This document shows, piece after piece, positions 57,906 through 64,000 of a stretch of 64,000 bases of DNA. The DNA is from Pyrobaculum sp. (GTDB taxonomy: Archaea > Thermoproteota > Thermoprotei > Thermoproteales > Thermoproteaceae): the NCBI GenBank assembly GCA_046293555.1, contig JBKBOT010000004.1:1-64000 (forward strand). Direction: 5' to 3'. The stretch's first letter is position 1. Every line of letters begins with the position of its first letter. Made by a program: the position numbers and the translations under genes. The notes beneath the pieces were generated by a model. That model saw only the letters and a list, made by a program, of their open reading frames with translations. It was not told where the DNA came from and searched no databases.

Positions 57906-60900
57906 ATGTTGACCACACGCAGGCGGCTTCTATCCGCCACTGCCGCTGTGGGCACAGCTGCCGGCGTGTTGGCGTTGGCGCAAAACCTCCAGTATTTAAA
58001 GCCGCTTACGCAGTTTGTAGAGACTAGGCTACAGTATCCAGATCGCAGCTGGGAGTCGTTTTATAGAGGCAGGTGGCAGTTTGACCGGGTAGTCCGCTCT
58101 ACCCACGGCGTGAACTGTACCGGCTCTTGTTCGTGGAATGTATATACCAAGGAGGGTCTCGTGGTGTGGGAGCTACAGGCCACGGACTATCCCGACATCT
58201 CGCCAGAGATCCCCAATTACGAGCCCAGGGGCTGCCCCAGGGGGGCTAGCTTCTCCTGGTATATATACTCCCCACTGAGGGTGAAATATCCCTACGTCCG
58301 CAAGGTGCTTATCGACATGTATAGACGATATAAGGCCGAGGCCGGAGACCCGGTGGAGGCCTGGCGGCGTATTGTAGAGAACCCCGCAAACCGCTCGGCG
58401 TATCAAAAGGCCAGGGGCAAGGCGGGGTGGGCTAGAGTCAGCTGGGACGAAGTCACAGAGTTAATCGCAGCGGCGTTAATATATACTATTAAGAAATACG
58501 GCCCCGACAGGATTTACGGATTTACACCAATCCCCGCCATGTCGCCTGTGAGTTACGCCAGTGGGGCTAGGTTTATCGAACTAATCGGCGGCGCCATGGG
58601 CTCTTTCTATGACTGGTACTGCGACCTCCCGCCCGCCAGCCCGCAGATGTGGGGGGAGCAGACTGACGTGCCTGAATCTGCCGACTGGTACCATGCGCAG
58701 TATATGATCGTGTGGGGGACAAACCTCCCCATGACTAGAACTCCCGACGCCCATATGTACGTCGAGGCGCGGTACCGCGGGGCAAAAGTGGTGGTGGTTA
58801 GCCCAGACTATAGCGAACATGTCAAATTTGCCGACGTCTGGGTGCCGGCGGCCGCCGGCACAGACGCAGCTTTAGGCGTCGCGCTGGCGCACGTGGCCCT
58901 AAAGGAGTTTTACGTAGAGAGGCAGTTTAAGTGCCTGAGGGAATACGCCAGGCGGTATACAGACCTGCCGTTTTTAGTAATACTAGAGCCGTTGGGAGAC
59001 GGCACGTATGTCGCCGGCAGGTTCCTCCGCGCTAGCGACGTGGCTGAGCTTAAAGAGGCCGTTGGGAAAAACCCAGAGTGGAAAACCGTAGTGGTTCAGA
59101 AAGACGGCACTCTGGCTGCGCCCTACGGCTCTATTGGCTTTAGGTGGGACGGCAGCGGCAAGTGGAGCCTCCAGCTAAAAGGCTATACGGCGAAAGGGGA
59201 GGGAGACATAGACCCAGTTCTCTCCGTAATGGAGTTAGGGAGGTATGAAAAAGTGCCTGTGAAGTTCCACGCGGTGGATTTCGACCAGAAGGTGTTTGTG
59301 AGAGAGGTGCCGGCAGTTAAAATTGGCGACAAATATGTCGCTACAGTGTTTGACCTCCTGGCGGCACACCTGGGGGTAAAGAGGGGGGATCTGGGCGGAG
59401 ACTATCCCGCCGGCTACGACGACCCCAAGCCCTTCACGCCGGCGTGGCAGGAGGCCATAACTGGCGTCTCTAGAGATCTGGCGGTGCAGATGGCTAGAGA
59501 CTTTATGAATACCGCAGTCTACTCCAGGCCAGTATACGGAAAGCCCAGCGACCCGCCTTATTTTGGCGATGACAACACGCCGTGTGGCGGGAGGGCAATG
59601 ATATTTGTAGGGCCTGGGATAAACCACTGGTACCACAACGACTTGATCTACCGCTCAGTATTGTTGTTAGTATTGCTAGGGGGCACACAGGGGAAGAACG
59701 GCGGCGGCTGGGCTCACTACGTGGGGCAGGAGAAGATAAGGACGTTGATAGGCTGGGCCACCCTAGCCTTCGCTCTAGACTGGCGGAGGCCGCCTAGGCA
59801 ACAGAACTCGCCTAGCTATTGGTATGTCCACACAGACCAGTGGCGTTATGACTCCATCACGACTGAGAGCATCTACCCCACGCCATGGGCTAAAAAATGG
59901 AAGAACCTACATGAAATGGATGCAAACGTAATCGCCGCGAGGCTTGGGTGGCTTCCCTTCTACCCAAGCCTAAATGTGAACCCCCTGGAGCTAGGCCGCC
60001 GTCTAGTTGTAGAAGAGAAAGTGCCGGTGTCCGACGTCCCCAAGAGAGTGGCGGAGATGTTAAAGAGGGGTGAGATCAAGCTGGCGATTGAGGACCCAGA
60101 CGCCCCCGAGAACTGGCCTAGGGTGTTATTTGTGTGGAGGGCAAACCTGTTGGGCTCTTCCTCCAAGGGCCATGAGTACTTCCTTAAACACTTACTGGGA
60201 ACAGATAGCAACGCCAGGGCGGAGGAGGTGGGGACAAAGCTTGTGAGAGAGGTAACTATAAGAGACGCGCCTGTGGGCAAGCTGGACCTGTTGGTTGTAT
60301 TAGACTTCCGTATGGCCACCTCTGCGGTTTATGCCGACGTGGTGTTGCCAGCAGCCACCTGGTATGAGAAATATGACATCTCTATGACTGACCTACATAC
60401 CTTTATCCATCCCTTCACTCCAGCTGTAGACCCGCCGTGGGAGGCTAAAAGCGATTGGGAGATCTTTAAGGCTATTGCCAAGAAGTTCTCAGAGCTGGCG
60501 CCCAAGTATTTACCACAGGTGGCACACGACGTCGTGTTGACGCCGTTGATGCACGACAGCCCCGGAGAGATTGCCCAACCCTTCGGCGAGGTGAAAGACT
60601 GGAAAAAAGGCGAGGTTGACCCAATACCGGGTAAAACCATGCCGGCAGTCTCAGTTGTGGAAAGAAGGTATTGGGACGTATATGACATGTACACCTCTCT
60701 TGGGCCTCTAGTGGTCACCGCAGGGCTTACGGCAAAGGGCATACCGCTTTTCAAGCCTGAGGAGCAATACAGGTGGCTTAGAGAGAGAAACGGCGTGTGT
60801 AAACCCGCCTCTGAATACGTAAGAGGCGAATGTGGGAAAGTTGGGGGGTGTCCAAGCCTTGTGTTTGATAAATACGCCGCGGAGACTATATTAGCCCTCT

Positions 60901-61760
60901 CCCCAGAGTCTAACGGCGGGGTGAGCTACATGGCTTGGAAAAACCTAGAGAAGGTGGTTGGATTGCCTCTAGCCGACCTGCCGTCTAAGGAGTTACAGAT
61001 GACTTTTGACGACATAGTGGCGCAGCCCCGTAGGGTGACCACATCCCCCGTGTGGAACGGCGTTGAGGCTCCGGGTAGGACCTACTCGCCGTTTACGGTA
61101 AATACCGAGAGGCTTGTGCCCTGGCGTACTTTAACCGGCAGACAACATTTCTATATAGACCACGAGTGGTTTAGAGAACTGGGGGAGTCCTTCCCACTAT
61201 ACAAACGTCCTCTAGACCGTGAGGAGATCAAAGCGGTGGCGGAGGTCGGCATTAAGGACTTCTGGTACGACCCGGCTAAGTATAGAGTTGAGAAAGGCGG
61301 CACGCGGCAGTTAGTGTTGAGATTCTTGACGCCACATGGTAAGTGGGTTATACACAGCACCTATTGGGATAACCTCATCATGCTTACTTTATTCCGCGGG
61401 GGGCAAGTGGTTTGGATTAACGACGAGGACGCCAAATGGGCCGGCGTTAAGGACAACGACTGGGTTGAGGTGATAAACTCCCACGGCGTGGTTGTGGCGA
61501 GAGCTGCCGTAAGTCCTAGAATACCTAGAGGCACGATATTTATGTATCACGCACAGGAGCGCCATGTTTACGTCCCGCTGTCCCCCACCACCGGCAGGAG
61601 GGCGGGGATGCACAACAGCCCTACTCTCACTCATTTAAAGCCTACCGAAATGGTTGGGGGGTATGCCCAGTTGAGCTGGTTCTTTAACTACTATGGCCCT
61701 ACTGGCGTAAATAGAGACACGCTTGTGATAGTAAGACCTCTCCGTGAGGTGAGGCTATGA
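57906..61760 (+). CDS. narG: respiratory nitrate reductase alpha subunit (Tat-exported pNar)
   Basis: TRRRLL; HGVNCTGSC, PRGCPRG, SFYDWYCDLP, GEQTDVPES, TPHGKW.IHS. Confidence 0.96.
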   Translation: MLTTRRRLLSATAAVGTAAGVLALAQNLQYLKPLTQFVETRLQYPDRSWESFYRGRWQFDRVVRSTHGVNCTGSCSWNVYTKEGLVVWELQATDYPDISPEIPNYEPRGCPRGASFSWYIYSPLRVKYPYVRKVLIDMYRRYKAEAGDPVEAWRRIVENPANRSAYQKARGKAGWARVSWDEVTELIAAALIYTIKKYGPDRIYGFTPIPAMSPVSYASGARFIELIGGAMGSFYDWYCDLPPASPQMWGEQTDVPESADWYHAQYMIVWGTNLPMTRTPDAHMYVEARYRGAKVVVVSPDYSEHVKFADVWVPAAAGTDAALGVALAHVALKEFYVERQFKCLREYARRYTDLPFLVILEPLGDGTYVAGRFLRASDVAELKEAVGKNPEWKTVVVQKDGTLAAPYGSIGFRWDGSGKWSLQLKGYTAKGEGDIDPVLSVMELGRYEKVPVKFHAVDFDQKVFVREVPAVKIGDKYVATVFDLLAAHLGVKRGDLGGDYPAGYDDPKPFTPAWQEAITGVSRDLAVQMARDFMNTAVYSRPVYGKPSDPPYFGDDNTPCGGRAMIFVGPGINHWYHNDLIYRSVLLLVLLGGTQGKNGGGWAHYVGQEKIRTLIGWATLAFALDWRRPPRQQNSPSYWYVHTDQWRYDSITTESIYPTPWAKKWKNLHEMDANVIAARLGWLPFYPSLNVNPLELGRRLVVEEKVPVSDVPKRVAEMLKRGEIKLAIEDPDAPENWPRVLFVWRANLLGSSSKGHEYFLKHLLGTDSNARAEEVGTKLVREVTIRDAPVGKLDLLVVLDFRMATSAVYADVVLPAATWYEKYDISMTDLHTFIHPFTPAVDPPWEAKSDWEIFKAIAKKFSELAPKYLPQVAHDVVLTPLMHDSPGEIAQPFGEVKDWKKGEVDPIPGKTMPAVSVVERRYWDVYDMYTSLGPLVVTAGLTAKGIPLFKPEEQYRWLRERNGVCKPASEYVRGECGKVGGCPSLVFDKYAAETILALSPESNGGVSYMAWKNLEKVVGLPLADLPSKELQMTFDDIVAQPRRVTTSPVWNGVEAPGRTYSPFTVNTERLVPWRTLTGRQHFYIDHEWFRELGESFPLYKRPLDREEIKAVAEVGIKDFWYDPAKYRVEKGGTRQLVLRFLTPHGKWVIHSTYWDNLIMLTLFRGGQVVWINDEDAKWAGVKDNDWVEVINSHGVVVARAAVSPRIPRGTIFMYHAQERHVYVPLSPTTGRRAGMHNSPTLTHLKPTEMVGGYAQLSWFFNYYGPTGVNRDTLVIVRPLREVRL

Positions 61761-63160
61761 GGGTCAGGGCACATATCTCAATGGCGATGAATCTAGATAA
61801 GTGTATTGGCTGCCACACATGTTCCATCACGTGTAAAAACGTGTGGACCAACAGAGAGGGGGCGGAGTACATGTGGTGGAATAATGTAGAGACAAGGCCG
61901 GGCCCCGGCTACCCGAGGCAGTGGGATAACCAAGATAGATACGACGGCGGCTGGGTGTTAGACGGCGGAAAGCTGAAGTTAAGAATTGAGGTGAAGAAAG
62001 CCTACAGGCCGCCTAGCCTCGATGTTTATTACCACCCGTGGACATATGACTACGAGACGTTATTTTCAGAACGGCAGTTTGACCAACAGCCCGTAGCTAG
62101 GCCTATCTCGTTAATTACCGGCGAGCCGGTTGACGTAAAGTACGGCCCCAACTGGAATGACGACTTGGCCGGCACGGATTTTATCCTGGAGGACATGTCG
62201 CTTGTAGAGAGGGAGGTCTACACACAGTTTGAAAAAGTCTTCATGATGTATCTACCGCGTATTTGTAACCACTGTCTCAACCCCGCCTGTCTTGCCGCGT
62301 GTTCCAGAAAGGCTATCTACAAGCGGGAGGGGGACGGGATTGTGTTAATTGACCAAAACCGCTGTAGGGGGTACCGCCATTGCGTCTCTGCGTGTCCCTA
62401 CAAGAAGGCGTATTACAACTGGAAGACAGGCACGTCTGAGAAATGTATTTTCTGCTATCCGAGAGTTGAGGCGGGGGAGACTACTGTCTGTTCGCTAACT
62501 TGCGTTGGGAGGATTCGTTACGTCGGCGTGTTGTTATATGACGTGGACAAAGTTCTCGAGGTCGCATCTGAGCCAGACCCCAAGAGGTTGGCACGACGCC
62601 TTATAGACGAGGTTATTTTAGACCCCACAGACCCCGCCGTGAGAGCCGAGGCGGAGAAGGCAGGTATACCTAGCGACTGGATCTCAGCCGCGGTGAGGTC
62701 GCCGGTGTATAAAATGGTGAAAAAGTGGCGGATAGCCCTGCCGTTACATCCAGAATACAGGACGTTGCCGATGGTGTTTTACGTGCCGCCTCTCAGCCCT
62801 GTGGTTACCACCTTTGAGAAATACTACGGCGCCAAGATTACAGACATGTTGCCTAAAGTGGCTGACCTCAGGATACCGCTGCAGTATCTAGCCAATATGT
62901 TTACTGCAGGCGACATAACGCTTGTAGAACAGGCGTTGAAGAGGCTAATCGCCGTGAGGATTTACGAGAGGTCTAGAAACGTGGTGGGGGTAGACGCCAA
63001 GGCGGCTCTAGCTGAGGCGGGCCTCACCGAGGAGGAGGCTGAAGAGATGTATAGACTGTTGGCTATAGCTAGGCTAGAGGACAGGTTTGTGGTGCCCACC
63101 ACGCCTGAAGGTTATCGCAAACAGCCATACGTAATGAGGGGAGTGGCGGGGTACCCATGA
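61757..63160 (+). CDS. narH: nitrate reductase beta subunit
   Basis: CIGCHTCSITC, CNHCLNPAC, CRGYRHC, CIFC. Confidence 0.96.
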   Translation: MRVRAHISMAMNLDKCIGCHTCSITCKNVWTNREGAEYMWWNNVETRPGPGYPRQWDNQDRYDGGWVLDGGKLKLRIEVKKAYRPPSLDVYYHPWTYDYETLFSERQFDQQPVARPISLITGEPVDVKYGPNWNDDLAGTDFILEDMSLVEREVYTQFEKVFMMYLPRICNHCLNPACLAACSRKAIYKREGDGIVLIDQNRCRGYRHCVSACPYKKAYYNWKTGTSEKCIFCYPRVEAGETTVCSLTCVGRIRYVGVLLYDVDKVLEVASEPDPKRLARRLIDEVILDPTDPAVRAEAEKAGIPSDWISAAVRSPVYKMVKKWRIALPLHPEYRTLPMVFYVPPLSPVVTTFEKYYGAKITDMLPKVADLRIPLQYLANMFTAGDITLVEQALKRLIAVRIYERSRNVVGVDAKAALAEAGLTEEEAEEMYRLLAIARLEDRFVVPTTPEGYRKQPYVMRGVAGYP

Positions 63161-64000
63161 GGCGGGTAGTTATACCCGGTTTCGCGTTGTTGATTGCAGC
63201 AATCCTGGCGTCTTTTGGGCTAGTGGTGGTGACCGCCCAGGTCCCGGCGGCGTTGGTGAAATATGTCGAGGGCGCCCTGCCGTTAGACCCGGCCTCGCCC
63301 CTCTGGCCCGCCCCAGTGGAGGTCTCGTTGACAAGCCAGACGTTGGTATACCCGCTGTCGCCTACAGTGGAGACCAGGTCGTTGTCTGTCTCTGCGGTAC
63401 ATAACGGCACCCATGTGGCCATACGGCTGACGTGGAGTGACGCCACGCAAGATGTAATTAAGGCCGGAGGTCTTGACGTCTTTCCAGACGCCGTGGCGGT
63501 ACAGTTCCCAGTGTCGCGGGCACAGCTGCCGTATATATGTATGGGCACTGTGGACAATCCCGTCAATATAATATACTGGAGGGCTGGCGCCGGCGTGGAG
63601 AACTTAGTGGCGGGGGCGGGCTATGGGCTATCGCCACAACAAAGAGAGGCGTTAGGCCTACAGGCAACCCCAACGGCGACTTTAGAGCTATTACCACCAC
63701 AGGCGCAGGTAGTTACTGCTTACAGCAAATACGAGGGAGGGAAGTGGGCTGTAGTGATCGTAAGACCTCTGGGCTCTGTACATCCACTAATGTCGTCACT
63801 AGCCGGCGGCTTTAACGCCGCCTTTGCCGTATGGGATGGCAGTAAGGGCGAGAGAGGCGGGTTGAAGGCCACCAGCGGGTGGGTACAATTCCAGCTAGAG
63901 AGGCCAGCAGCCCCAACGCCGACAACTGTTACAGTAACAACGACAGTAACAACGCCGGTGACAGTAACCACCACTGAGGCTGTCACCACCACTAGGCTTG
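63157..64000 (+). CDS. narM: heme b subunit of the DMSO-reductase type II family (NarM/EbdC-like), 3'-partial
   Basis: ATG overlaps the narH stop; signal/TM, W.D.T, FPDAVAVQFP, CMG...PVNI.YW.A, AFAVWDG..GERGGLK, Thr-rich stalk. Confidence 0.82.
   Translation, partial: MRRVVIPGFALLIAAILASFGLVVVTAQVPAALVKYVEGALPLDPASPLWPAPVEVSLTSQTLVYPLSPTVETRSLSVSAVHNGTHVAIRLTWSDATQDVIKAGGLDVFPDAVAVQFPVSRAQLPYICMGTVDNPVNIIYWRAGAGVENLVAGAGYGLSPQQREALGLQATPTATLELLPPQAQVVTAYSKYEGGKWAVVIVRPLGSVHPLMSSLAGGFNAAFAVWDGSKGERGGLKATSGWVQFQLERPAAPTPTTVTVTTTVTTPVTVTTTEAVTTTRL

Noticed and set aside
1-64000. tRNA, rRNA, transposase, integrase or cas genes
   Set aside because: None recognised by eye on either strand; short guide RNAs overlapping genes could have been missed

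Overview
Archaeal chromosome segment, most consistent with Pyrobaculum (Thermoproteaceae), judged from leaderless and overlapping genes, a Pyrobaculum-type CRISPR repeat and archaeal informational genes. Positions 1-21 kb are housekeeping: argG/argH, a PotABC-like transporter, acdA, a MoxR/vWA pair divergent from nurA-herA-mre11-rad50, aRF1, rps10, taw3, a DHDPS-family gene and an MFS transporter. After an HTH pseudogene and an orphan CRISPR leader plus repeat (~21.3-21.5 kb), a >42-kb respiratory supercluster begins. It holds a complete denitrification chain (Tat-exported NarGH-M, split cytochrome cd1 NirS, qNOR, clade II NosZ), two sets of nos accessory genes, an archaeal Ccm system, heme o/a synthases, a Rieske/cytochrome b complex, an intact ba3-type oxidase and a multiply frameshifted SoxM-type oxidase. 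The most interesting signal is regulatory. A palindrome GGTTAA-N5-TTAACC lies 7 nt before the TATA-like box of nirS, norZ and nosZ. A second motif, CTAGAACA-N22-TGTTGTTCCA, precedes both nos promoters with identical spacing. A third inverted repeat precedes nar, and four Cys-containing HTH proteins lie inside the cluster. Together these suggest an uncharacterised crenarchaeal denitrification regulon. All calls come from reading the sequence; no database searches were run.
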